Source: Bugula neritina
Taxonomy: Eukaryota; Animalia; Bryozoa
Direction of reading: 5' to 3'
Assembly (NCBI GenBank): GCA_964035545.1
Contig: OZ037769.1
Span: 8,909,929 to 8,973,928 of the forward strand
DNA: 64,000 bases
Below the pieces are notes generated by a model that was not told the origin of the DNA, ran no database searches, and was given only the letters and a program-made list of their open reading frames with translations. Positions 33,501-46,203 of this stretch are shown here, in pieces. Position 1 is the stretch's first letter. Each line of letters starts with the position of its first letter. The position numbers and the translations under genes were made by a program.

Positions 33501-36500
33501 GTAATCCTTTCTGGGTACAAACTCATTCTGCCAACTTACTGAATCTGAACACTCCTTCATTGGAATTGTTGTTAGCTATAATGTTAGTAAGAAAGCTGTA
33601 GGTGTGTAGGTGAAATCTCTTCTACAATGATCGGAAATAATCATGAAGCTGAATTGTTGATAGATTACTCTAACAATATTACTAAGTGAGATATAATGTG
33701 TGTCTCTTGCAACGCACAGGCCTCCTTTTGTTCCGATTAAAGCAGCCCAAATGTTCACCATGTAGAGCAAGCTCTAATCTAATGTAAACTGATTCATTGA
33801 TTTACTTCTTGTAAATTAATTAGAATTGTTTACTCATGTTATCTTCCATTGTATTGTACCGCTCTCAGCTCCCTAAACTTGCTCTATTGTGATCAGCAAT
33901 CTGCATAGTAAACTCAGCTTATTGCACTGGCAGGCATCACTGAGATATGCATGTATTACTATCAATTAGCAAGTTGTGTGGCCACCTCAAGTTCTGTCAC
34001 GTTTAGTGGAATAAGCCGTGTGTGTTGGAAACCAGCTGCAGGAGTTACCCTTCACACACGATGCGTTACCAGCAAGAACAGAACTTGATTGTCCTTGAGT
34101 ATTGGCTCGGGATTTTACTGCCCCGTGTTATAAATTATGTCATTTTAATAACACGCAATTGATTGAAACAAACAAGTGAAACTGAAACTTGAAAAGTAGA
34201 TTCGCTAAGTGGTACTAAGTTAGTTAACACACTACTGCATGAACTTAATACAGTATTTGTTCAGCATGCTGACGTCATCAACTCTGCACAAACAACTTTA
34301 CTTCTTATCTGTGAGAGGTTTTTGCTAGCTCCCTGTGCGGAAGTCTGCTCCACGTGGCCGGACCTGTACCCTGGCTGACATACTCACTGGTCATGTGCTG
34401 ATTCAGAGCTACCAGATCTCCTCAGTTCTATGTCTAGCCTGTATCATGTATATAATAGAGTTTATGAATGAATATTTGCAGATTGTAAATCCTTCTTCAA
34501 ATAAGTGTATAGACGGTCTAGGTCGAAAGTCTGGGGAGGATATGGCTCTTCTACGATGCCATAGCAATGGTGGTCACCAGGTACGTGTATAGTGCTGCCA
34601 TATTCTGTCATATTGCGCTGCCCATGTCTGCTAAGCTACCACCTGATTAAGTACTGATCTGCAAATTAGCCAAGCATGATTAATCTCAATAACCCTGTTC
34701 ATTCAGCATTTTATTTGTATTGCACTTTTTATTCAGTATTCAAGTAAGTGTAACCTAGCACTATGTAGATGTACAAGTAAGTGTAACCTAGCACTATGTA
34801 GATGTACAAGTAAGTGTAACCTAGCACTATGTAGATGTACAAGTAAGTGTAACCTAGCACTATGTAGATGTACAAGTAAGTGTAACCTAGCACTATGTAG
34901 ATGTACAAGTAAGTGTAACCTAGCACTATATAGATGTACAAGTAAGTGTAACCTAGCACTATGTAGATGTACAAGTAAGTGTAACCTAGCACTATGTAGA
35001 TGTACAAGTAAGTGTAACCTAGCACTATGTAGATGTACAAGTAACTGTAACCTAGCACTATGTAGATGTACAAGTAAGTGTAACCTAGCACTATGTAGAT
35101 GTACAAGTAAGTGTAACCTAGCACTATGTAGATGTACAAGTAAGTGTAACCTAGCACTATATAGATGTACAAGTAAGTGTAACCTAGCACTATATAGATG
35201 TACAAGTAAGTGTAACTTAGCACTATGTAGATATTGTATATGTGCAGATGCAAACACTAGCTAAAACTTTGACTAAATTTTGTGCACAAGCAAATAAAAG
35301 AAAAGTAATCGAACATAATTTTCTATTTGTGCTGCATCTGTAAGCCGAGTGGAAAACTCTGTATGATGGATTTAATTTGTTTAATATAATAATACAGTTC
35401 TATACAATATAATAACCAGTTGTGTATGTTTGCAATTTTGTCAAATTTAATTAGTAGTTGAATTGAAAAACGGTGATGCAGGGCGTAGTAAAATGTCGCT
35501 CAAGTATTATTTGGACTTAAATATGTTTACAGGAAGTTTCATGTAGACAACTGCTATCGCTTTAATTCATTGAACATTCAGGTAGCTTGGATCTTTTGAA
35601 ATGTTTTTTGTAATTGACACTTTGTAATCTTTTTCTCTCAGAATTTTCCAAACAGAACAGAATGTCTGAAAATAAGACTTTGGTTTTAACTTCTTCATTT
35701 TATGTGTAAGGGACATGTCACAGTGCTTCCACAGTTGTGAAATATTTAGACTAATTAGTTTTGAAAAAGTTTTGCTCAGTTTGATTTATAATAATTACCA
35801 CTTTATTCCAATATAAATTCATTTAAATCAACACTCCTTACTAGGACCTGTTCCCCCTTTTCATCTGCTCAACAATAATTAGCCTAACATCAGCCTGAAT
35901 CAAAATAAATATAGTCAATTTCCTGCAGGTTGTCTTTGTTGCCCCCTTCCCCCCCCCCCCCCCCCCTGTATACAAAAGTAGAATTTGTCTTGATATCAAG
36001 TTCCTTTACCATGTTATTTTCTAAATATTGGTACTCAGGCAATCTCTGCTTAGCCTGCTAACACACTCACTCACAGCTGGCTATTTTGTTTTTTCAGTTG
36101 TTAAACTAAAGGCTATCAGCATATTGTAATAACTTTGCTATATAATAAGTGGTGTATTTTGTTTCAGATATTTGCCTACACAGAAGACCTTGCCTTGCGG
36201 ACAGATGAAGTATGTATGGATGCCTCCTCAGCTAGTTCTCAAATTAAACTATTCGGATGTCACGGACTAGGGGGTAACCAGGCCTGGATATACAAGGTGT
36301 TTATTATTCTAAATACTTGGGTTATGTGTGTGCTACTATTCTACTGTGAGCTTATATAGTGACTAGAACATGCTAATACAACCGATACCTGCCTAGCAAG
36401 CCTGTGCTCCAACTATCTACATTTATCAGTTAGTAAGTTAGTACATGGCAGCTAAACTTATGACCTGCTGACTCGTGTCTATTGTGTCGTCTATTAACCT

Positions 36501-38054
36501 GAGTGATGACAGTCAGCACATCAATTCATTGACAGAATTTATATCCTATCTACTTCTACTCACTCCCCTCTCTACTCACCCCTTTCTCCACTCACCCCCT
36601 TCTCCACTCACTCCCTTCTCTACTCGCCCCCTCTCTACTCACCCCCTTCTCCACTCACCCCCTCTCTACTCACCCCCTTCTCTACTCACCCCCTTCTCCA
36701 CTCACCCCCTTCTCCACTCACTCCCTTCTCCACTCACTCCCTTCTCTACTCACCCCCTTCTCCACTCACCCCCTTCTCCACTCACTCCCTTCTCCACTCA
36801 CCCCCTTCTCCACTCACTCCCTTCTCCACTCACCCCTTCTCTACTCACCCCCTTCTCCACTCACTCCCTTCTCCACTCACCCCCTTCTCTACTCACCCCC
36901 TTCTCCACTCACCCCCTTCTCCACTCACCCCCTTCTCTACTCACCCCCTTCTCCACTCACCCCCTTCTCTACTCACCCCCCTCTCTACTCACCCCCCTCT
37001 CTACTCACCCCCTTCTCCACTCACCCCCTTCTCCACTCACCCCCTTCTCTACTCACCCCCTTCTCCACTCACCCCCTTCTCTACTCACCCCCCTCTCTAC
37101 TCACCCCCCTCTCTACTCACCCCCTTCTCTACTCACCCCCCTCTCTACTCACCCCCCTCTCTACTCACCCCCTTCTCCACTCACTCCCTAGCCTACAGCA
37201 TTACCTAATAAACAAATAACTGTAAAGATACTTTTACATCAGTTTCCTTAAAATTTACTTTCCAAATATTTTTTTACAAAATTTGATGATGTGTGTACTA
37301 CTAATTAGGTATTCAGTTGCATAAAGACAAATCCATAGCATAGGTTGCATTTTACATGACAGTGAAACATTGGGGTTTGTATGAGTGTGGTCTTGATACC
37401 GTGTTCAAAGAGTGTACTGTCATGGGGATATGACTCCGTATTTAAAAAGTGAGTCATATGAAATGCAAAATATCTTTATTGTGTTCAACTTTACACCCAT
37501 AATTAACTAGATTTACTTCCCAATGTGTTATAGTTGTCTTCTCTCTTTTTCACACATTATTTCTCCTGTTTGTTTTCTAGGACCAGCAATTGAGGCATAA
37601 AACTAGCCAACAGTGTGCCACAATAGTTGGGGAAGCTTTGATGTTAGGTTGGTGATATTTCAGCTACTGTACATCTCTCCATAGCATGTAGTCTAGTTTA
37701 TTATACTCTGTGTTGTATTATAGCATTGTTGTTATGCAGGCTTTAAGAGAAAAATCCATGTAAAGCTTTCAGATAAACAGCTAATGCTTTATATACATTT
37801 TGTTTTGGCACTTTCCATCTTTACTATTCTACCTAGAAACATGTTACATGCTCAATAAATGGTATTCACATAATACTTTACTCTGATGTAGTGTGTGTTA
37901 CTTGTATATCTTTGATCACACTTATTACATCTTATACTTTGATCACATTCATTGCACTGCGCTCACTATGGTTTTTTTGGTTTAAATTGTAGAAAAGTGT
38001 ATCCTGGGAAAATCGACTCAAATATGGCTTATAGAGAATTTTCCAGATACATAG
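27504..38054 (+). CDS. GALNT1: Polypeptide N-acetylgalactosaminyltransferase, GALNT1/13 type. 13 exons, approx. 27504-27726, 27831-27996, 28512-28693, 29128-29232, 30211-30313, 30793-30963, 32315-32432, 32980-33161, 33302-33441, 34482-34580, 36168-36296, 37581-37647, 37993-38054
   Basis: Type II anchor [22 protein letters not shown]; [19 protein letters not shown]; [17 protein letters not shown] (DxH); [21 protein letters not shown]; ricin lectin repeats CHSNGGHQ and CHGLGGNQ. Confidence 0.93.
29266..29482. repeat. Degenerate ~11-bp minisatellite (aactgtatact)
   Basis: Tandem degenerate units in a GALNT intron. Confidence 0.8.
31040..32302. repeat. 13-bp minisatellite (tctctatctatta)n filling most of a GALNT intron
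   Basis: About 1.25 kb of tandem units; source of the spurious [11 protein letters not shown] ORFs. Confidence 0.98.
32890..32950. repeat. 12-bp tandem repeat (gtgactacacat) x5
   Basis: Directly visible. Confidence 0.9.
34741..35232. repeat. 33-bp minisatellite caagtaagtgtaacctagcactatgtagatgta, about 15 copies
   Basis: Near-perfect tandem array; source of the spurious 174-aa ORFs. Confidence 0.98.
36553..37188. repeat. 16-bp pyrimidine-rich minisatellite (ctcacccccttctcca)n
   Basis: About 40 copies; source of the spurious 238-aa ORF. Confidence 0.97.
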
Positions 38055-38860
38055 GCCAAGTTCTTATCTACTTCTATAATTTCCACACTGCTAGGGCTAA
38101 GTGACTCCCCGATATTCTCTGCCATAGGTTGCAGTATCAGCAGCTGTAATTTTTATGTATCTCTATTAAAGTATAGTTATTGGCATTTAGAATACTATGC
38201 AGTGATAGTACTTTGTTACTATCACTGCCATGTCACTATGTGTAGCACGGTGAGATTTCTCTACCTTTGTTAACAATAAAGGAATCTCTTCACTTGGATT
38301 TTAATGAAAAATTTAAAATTATTAATTTTATCTGAATGCTCACAAGTTCTGTACGGTATTATATTTAAAACTTAGAATATATTGAATTGCCATTTTGCAT
38401 TGTTTTCGTTAATCATGTCGGCATGAATTAAATTAGTTATCATATCATTACAATATTATTTCTATTTTCTCCTGTGAAGCTATCTTTTCTAGATACATCA
38501 TTGTAGTAGAATGAATAATTTATTGTATAGGTAATATATTTTGTATTGAATTGCAATTATGCACGGATTTATGTTTTAATAAAAGAATACAACTTAAATT
38601 TTCAAAACGAAAATGGTCTGATACATCTTTTTGTGGACTTGGCATATTTTTACCCGTTGGAACTAGCTTAAGATGAATTTGAAACTAAAATACAATAAAA
38701 TATACATTTTTAATGTTGGCGACAAGTTGAGCTGTGTAGTGTATGCATAGGTGTAGCCTCATTACAGTTTTATGACTGTGTTTTAGAACTTGCTGCCTGT
38801 ATTATAGCTTATAATAAGGGGATCAGTCAAAACCTCTCTCTATCTTTGAAACATCTTCCA

Positions 38861-41800
38861 TCAATCAACTTTCTCAGTTTGACTCTTCATTGACACGGCA
38901 TCACTCTCGTCAACTGCAGCATCTCTCTTCTCTTTCTTCTTATTTGTTCCAGTGAGCTCCAGGAGTCTGCCAGGGTCATCGTCCATTGCTGCCATGGCAT
39001 CCCCTATCTCCTTCGCTATTGCATCACACCACATTTTATCCTCCAGCTTGAGGAGATTGTAGTTAGCCAGGAGGAAGTGGGGGCAACTCTACAAACCATG
39101 TAGACTTCGTTAGCTTGATAAACTTTTTACTTGACAGTGTCACACCTTGCAGCACCATCACTGAGTATATAAACTAGTTAAAGACATACTTATTTAAATT
39201 ATTTTTCAAGTCAAATACAAACTGATGTAGGCAGACCATGAAAAGTTGTTAAAATGTGAGCTGAAGTTTAACACTGTTGGACATAAAAAGGAAGCATTGA
39301 TGTGTTTGATAATTTTCTCACCACTCTAGGTTTCTGCTAGTCTATATGTTATACCGTTTGGCTTATTTTCAATACTTTGCTAGTACATTGACAAAAATTA
39401 GTATTGTTTGACTACTAAAATAACAACCAATGATATCAAGCATAACTAAAGGAATTATTAAGTCACATTGGTTAGTTTGATACATTATATTTAAATACAC
39501 AGTAGCTACAGGATTAACATTTATACTGCTATTCCTGCACATGTGCTAACTGACCTACATTTAATCTTGTTACTGTGTAGTTAAAGTGCAAGTGATGGCT
39601 ACATTCTGCACATCCATGATTTCGAGCACTAGCATGATGCCCAAAATACTCAAGTCTTATATAGGCTATAATCATTTAAAAAGTTGGACTGCAAGTAGTT
39701 CTAGTAAATATGTTTGTAGTATTCTCTCAGTACCTAGTGAGAAATGTGGTAAGACCCTCTTGCATATTGCGGAGAACAAGATATGAACTTAATATAATAA
39801 ATAACGTGTTAAAGCTTTACATATGTTTCATCTGTAAAACTATGTTCATAAGCAAGTCGGTGACTTGAAACTTTCCAAGGCATGCATAGTTACTAGTGAA
39901 ATAGAAACTTAGCTGATCTTTTTTTGTGAAGCGAGTTTTACCTGTGTCTGAAAAAATCCATGTAGCCTGGTCAACACATTTCTAAAAGACATAGCCTCAT
40001 TTCTCATCTTATTAGCCGATTTCCTAAACTCCCACAACGCTGCTGTTTCTATTATGTTAGTCGGTATGTCCCACCTCCTCGAAATTGACATCATTTCAAT
40101 CACATGTATTGCTGGGTCTATCATATTTGTTTTACCAAATGATCTGGCATTGTTCATCACCTTCAAGGAAACCAATACAGAAATGTACCAGCCAAGCTTC
40201 TAAGGGAAGAACATAAATTAAAACATAATATATGATTAAGTAACTTTGCATATCAATTAGTAATTTTGATTTTAATTTAGTGCTTAAAGTAGTTGTTGAA
40301 CAGTCTACTACCACTAGATAGATATTAGCATGACTTCCGAAGTACTCACACGCTCGGTCATAGTTCGAAAACCAATTTCCCAGAATCCCAGAGGCAGCTG
40401 TCCAGAATCATCAGTATCAACACATGCGTCCATGGTAAACAGACTACGACCTTCACCTATTTCACTTAGCATTTCGTCTATAACCTGCTTTCCTTGTGAC
40501 GAGTAAGGCTCTCTGTTTGGGAGAGCATGTTGTAGCCTCATACCTTTTGGTAGACTTGTGCCGTGCACACTAGCTATGCAGGTAACGATTGTGGGGACAT
40601 TGGAGATAGATTTTGCTGATGGAGGTTTTTGAGCATCTGGCTGCTTTTCTGAAATCAACAAAAAAATTGTATTTATTATTAGAGACTGGTGATAAAAGTG
40701 GTCGACATTGCATTAACTATCATGTGTAGAGTGCATAGTTGACTTTTAAGGTTATAGGCTGGTTATATGTTTTCATAATAGGCCATATTAAATACAACAA
40801 TGGCGTTTTATTTTATAGCTGTATAGCATATATAATTGATATTATATCTTAGTAAAATTTTGAGGATAAATCATATTGCATCATAATTATGTAGGCCTAA
40901 CATGTTCTCAGACAGAATTAGTGCCCAATTTTCTGTACTCATTATATTTTATAGACTTTAAACATACATTTGCTTCTCTATCATCATGACCTTTAATTTA
41001 TACATTAAAATGATAAATTTCCGCTAACCCTTGTTATCTTTAGCATCTTTGCGTTGATCAACGTCAGTAATATAAAGTTCCACTCCTTTTTCACACACTT
41101 CAACAGCTATTTTATTCTGATCTGCGTCGTTATCATCCATCTGTATGCTTCTCACAGCTCGTATCAGTCCTAAAAATAGTCTCACTTAAATACAGATAAA
41201 ACCATCTGGCAGTAGATGTTGAGTTCATGCATAACCATGGTTGTTATAGCTAGTATAGATACAACGTAACTGAACCAATGTTTCGGTTTGTTAAATAGCT
41301 TTCTAAAACCATTGTATTTTATCATCCTTGGTTAATTTTTAATCTTTACTATTACATTGACAATTTTAAATGGCGGCATTATGTTATTTTTAATAGAGCT
41401 CACCATCAGTGAACCAAGGAACGATCTTTGTTGGACTGAGCACATCTCCTTCCATCAGACAACCCCATTCACTTTTTATGATCATCTTCTCCACTCTACC
41501 CATATACTGGTTTACAGCCATTTCAGCACAGCCATGTGGTACATTGTATTGTAAGCCAAAATTCATCTACAAGCAAACAAACAGCATACAAGCAATAGAG
41601 TACTTGTTTATATACAGGTATTGGAGTGCACGTTTTGTTGAAGCGTTATTCTTCAAGTTATAAGAACTGTTGGTGCATCAGTTATATTACTTGGTATAAT
41701 AAAAAAAGTTTAAAACTCATGCCCTATAGTTTCAAAGCTCACTCAATACATAATTTCAGACTGCTGTAATATGTGCTCTAGCTAGGATGACTGTTTGTGA

Positions 41801-42627
41801 AACTTGAAAGTCGTTACCTGAAAGGAGTCGGGAAGTGGAAAGGATTTGAGGAATACTCGCATTTCGTATCGGGTCGCATCTACCAAATCTATTTTCATCT
41901 CTACACCCTCTCGGGTAACGCTGTTGGCAAAGTAGGTTTGGAAAGGTACTTCTCTCTCCATAGCTATACACAAGACTTTCTTTAGTACGCCAGTGACCCT
42001 CACATTTCCTACGCGACGTGTCTCATCTAACCCTTTCGCTCTCGACGATAACACTTTATACATGTTCATCGTAAGATCCTATATATGACAATAATATATG
42101 TATGTTCTGTTTTGTATATTATGATACTAATGTATATAAATGCTCATAGAAAGATCTTATATGACAATAATATATATATGTTTCTTTTCAGATATCATGA
42201 CTGTTAATAATAAGACTAAATACCAATGTATTTGCATGCAAATTAGTCAAATTATTTCACCAATATTAGGTTATATGTTTTACATTTATAACAAATAATA
42301 TATGACAATAATATAGTAATCTTAGCATTCAACACTATATCTTCCAAACAACAGCAACAACGGCTGCGAACTAATTATTGAAGTTAATTTTATCTTTTTA
42401 CTAATGTTCATTTTGCTTTACTTTATATACATCTAGTACGTTGGTATATTTGATGGTAAAATAAAAAGTTCATAATAATAATTTGGTACCTTGTTTTTAT
42501 TTTGTTGCTCTATTCTCGCTTCAGCTTTAGACATTTTTCTTTTTCCATCTGCAGACCCGTCTTCGTTTGAAGAGAGAGTAATTGCATTTTGAGAATGAAT
42601 TTCGTGCATGTAATCTCTAACATTCAT
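38861..42627 (-). CDS. Divergent Mab-21/cGAS-like (cGLR) nucleotidyltransferase-fold protein. Exons 42490-42627, 41818-42078, 41404-41566, 41029-41169, 40350-40648, 39942-40160, 38861-39088
   Basis: In-phase spliced protein has Mab-21-like blocks in order: VLKKVL..EREVPF..REGVEMKIDLVDATRYEMRVFL; PHGCAEMAV..SEWGCLMEGDVLSPTKIVPWFTDGLIRAV; FWEIGFRTMTERVM; IIETAALWEFRK; FRNVLTRLHGFFQTQSCPHFLLANYNLL. Confidence 0.8.
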
Positions 42628-43416
42628 GCTTCTAGTTTTATGCTATTTATCTAAAGACTTTATTGTAAAGGAATTAAAAAGTTAATCCCTCTTTACTTGT
42701 CAAACCCAATACAAACGGCTGCCAAACTTCAATTTAATCGGAATTATAAACACAGTCATTCTAAATGCCAAGAACTGTTATTTACTGACTAACTGAGCTA
42801 GTAGATAGCCCAAATTTTTTGCTCAGTGTCAACAGCCACAATTTATCAATTAATACCACCCTTCCCTGTACCAGTATTTTTGGTGAGTCCTAAGCTATAA
42901 CATTTGTGCTGCATGGATAATGTGTATCCAAGTAGCTTTTATTCAAATGTAATGTCATTATCAACAATAACCTTTAACAAAATAAAATTAATTTATTAAC
43001 ACAACTCAAAGAGAAACAGTATCAAATCAATTTCAATAGTATGCAGAATTATGTAAATATTCAGTTACTCTTAACACATTGTGCGGCTCTTGTGATATCA
43101 ATCAAGGCATGTGGTATGTAAATAGTGGCATAGTGCAGGTGCTGAATGTCAGGAGACAACCCTTCATGTTTCATGCAACATTGTGCAAAACTTGTAGGCA
43201 AAAAATCAGTATCAGTATTACACTTTCATTGCTAAAGAAATGACTGTAGATATACAAACTGTGGAATAAAACTCTAAACCAATCATGCAAGCTCTTACTT
43301 TACATAGATTAACATTTTAGCCAGCACTATAACAATTTTTGTTGCAGAAATATTTCCTGGAGTGATGTACTATAGCTAACCATGCAGTGCTGAAGGCTGA
43401 AAACTGCCATGGCTGC

Positions 43417-43997
43417 TTAGTTCATACAAGTTACTGTATATATTAGTTCCATACACATTACTGTATATATTAGTTCATACACATTACTGTATATATTAGT
43501 TCATACACATTATTGTATATATTAGTTCATACACATTACTGTATGTATTAGTTCATACACATTACTGTATGTATTAGTTCATACACATTACTGTATGTAT
43601 TAGTTCATACACATTACTGTATATATTAGTTCATACAAGTTACTGTATATATTAGTTCCATACACATTACTGTATATATTAGTTCATACACATTACTGTA
43701 TATATTAGTTCATACACATTATTGTATGTATTAGTTCATACACATTACTGTATGTATTAGTTCATACACATTACTGTATATATTAGTTCATACACATTAC
43801 TGTATATATTAGTTCATACACATTACTGTATATATTAGTTCATACACATTACTGTATATATTAGTTCATACACATTACTGTATATATTAGTTCATACACA
43901 TTACTGTATATATTAGTTCCATACACATTACTGTATGTATTAGTTCATACACATTACTGTATATATTAGTTCCATACACATTACTGTATGTATTAGT
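43417..43997. repeat. 26-bp minisatellite (ttagttcatacacattactgtatata)n, about 22 copies
   Basis: Tandem array between the divergent Mab-21-like and secreted-protein genes. Confidence 0.97.
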
Positions 43998-44530
43998 CTA
44001 TTAAGGAAGTTGACATTTTGGAGTCTCAAAGGTCTCTCATGGGAATCTCCAGCTGCCCAGATTGCAAAATTCAATTTGAGAGAGCTGCAGAGGGAGGAGA
44101 ACTGTCCACCCCTATACTTACTCATATTTAATTTAGAGAATTACTTGCTAAAGTACAAGCTTTATGCTAATATAAATCACTGACAGCACTGCATCGCACT
44201 CTTTACAACAAGTAGTTGGCTAACGTAAGAGGTAACTACTGCTAAGAAAAATTTGCACGTTCTACAATTTAACTTACTGTCGTGAATTGTAAATGTAATG
44301 TAATATAATTAACAAACAAACAATTGCTAAAACAAAATCTCATGATGTATATTTTGTATTCAACTATTGTACTTCATTTTTTTTGCCTTTTGGTTCAATT
44401 TCTATTAGCTGCACTAATTATTGGTATGAATATATTTTGTATATAATGTATGATTGCCCATTAATAGAAAGTAAATGTGGTAATAGTTGTTGTACAGGTA
44501 CTGTTGAGATCACACGGTTTAGGAGTCACC

Positions 44531-46203
44531 ATGAAGTTTGCTATTGTTCTGTTGTCATGTGTACTGGCTGGAGTACTAGCTAAAATAGAATTGCCACTTG
44601 GACGTCACCAGCTGATTCAAGATCTGTGCAGTTCAAAGGATTTGAGTAGCCTAAGTAAGTATACATACTTGAACCTCTGTGTTACTCTAATAGGTTTTAT
44701 AACTATTGAACAACAGTTGACATTTTTGATGTAATGTTTTAGATCTATCAGATGAAAAGACCAAAGAGTTTATGCCACACTGGGAGAATGTTTGTAAAAT
44801 TTACCACAGACATGTTACTGCGGGAAACAACTTGATAACACGTAGGTGTCTTAAGCTTTCTTTTGGAAATCTACAGCTATTGGAATTATAGTAGATAGAT
44901 TAAATTAACTCGGATTTGTTGAAATATTTTCGAAAATTATATTTGAAGTAGATTTTTCTGAAAATTTGGAAAAATTGTGCATACTAAGAAGATGTACATA
45001 CTAATTGCATAAGTTTATTACAGTTGTTATCATATGATATAAATACAATTTTAATTTAATTCCTTCACCTTCATACATTAAGGACGGGACAAGGCTAGTG
45101 TTTTATGTCTTGCATTTCACGCAGAAGCTTCACCTGTCCAATTGGAACACCTCACTTTATTTCTATTATCTGTATAGTTCCTCTTATAAACACAGTAGAA
45201 AGTTGTACTAGGTTCAACATCTTGTAATGTAGGTGGACTACTTGATGGACTTACATCTGGAGTCAGTGGTCTCTTTGGAGATAACAGCAAATTGAGCACT
45301 TTATTGAAAGCTGCCTCTGCTTTGAACAAGGCTAAGGGAGTGTTTGATGAAGTGAAACAGCTGGCCCCAAAAGTGCACGAGCATCTGCAAGGAAGTTAGT
45401 ATTCAGACTGCTTTATATTAGACATTTTATATATCATAAATCCTTTGTATGCACTCCACTTCTCCTTTCTGCATGTCTTTTGGCCTTCAATCCAATATCC
45501 TGTTAAATTACCTCAATAGCAGTCATGGATCGTCTCTTCTTATTGGCATAATTTGTCTTTTTTTCTATCACAATTTATTTCTGGCATATTTCATCATGTT
45601 TGCGCGTGTGATTGCTTAACATTGGTTTTTATTAATAATAGTAGAAATTCATTTTCTTTCAAGTTTTTTCTAGATGTGTTATGCTTTATATAACTGTTTT
45701 GGGTTTCTACTGCATCATATAATCTAACTATCTTTAACTTTAATTTTTCCTTTATTGCTTTTTTCAATGCGGTTAATAATTATAATGTATGACAGCAATT
45801 TTGTCTCAGTAATTTTATTCAGTTCCAATAGCACTCGATAGCTGCAGCTAATAGTTATATTTTAAATAAACATTTCTTGCCAATTTCACTATTGTACACT
45901 AAAAGATTTACTCGGTATCCTAAACCCTTCTTGAGCAGAGGTGGTTACAAATCCACATAAAAATATAAATATATGCAACTCTACGTTCGTCCATCAAAAT
46001 ATATATATATATATGACTCATTAGACAAAAGTTGCTTTCCTTCTATAAGAAGAAGATATATAAATAAATTAAATACAAACTTAGTTGCATTTGAGTATTA
46101 TATTTATACTTTAGGTATACAAGATGTGCATGATGGATTACAAGAACTTATTGATTCTATTACTGACGAGTTTGGAGGAAAAACAACTCCCACATCTTTC
46201 TAA
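44531..46203 (+). CDS. Orphan secreted 157-aa prepro-protein. Exons 44531-44654, 44743-44841, 45233-45394, 46115-46203
   Basis: Signal peptide MKFAIVLLSCVLAGVLA; four exons joined by phase-1 GT-AG introns give 474 nt with no internal stop. Confidence 0.75.

Noticed and set aside
33570-34440. GC-richer patch in a GALNT intron (nested gene or alternative lectin exon)
   Set aside because: No ricin-repeat motif or coherent spliced ORF found on either strand.
34729-35257. Two 174-aa repetitive ORFs, or a CRISPR-like 33-bp array
   Set aside because: Head-to-tail repeat with no unique spacers and no cas genes in a eukaryotic intron.
36475-37191. 238-aa Pro/Ser/His-rich ORF (extensin-like)
   Set aside because: 16-bp unit is not a multiple of 3; intronic; no signal peptide.
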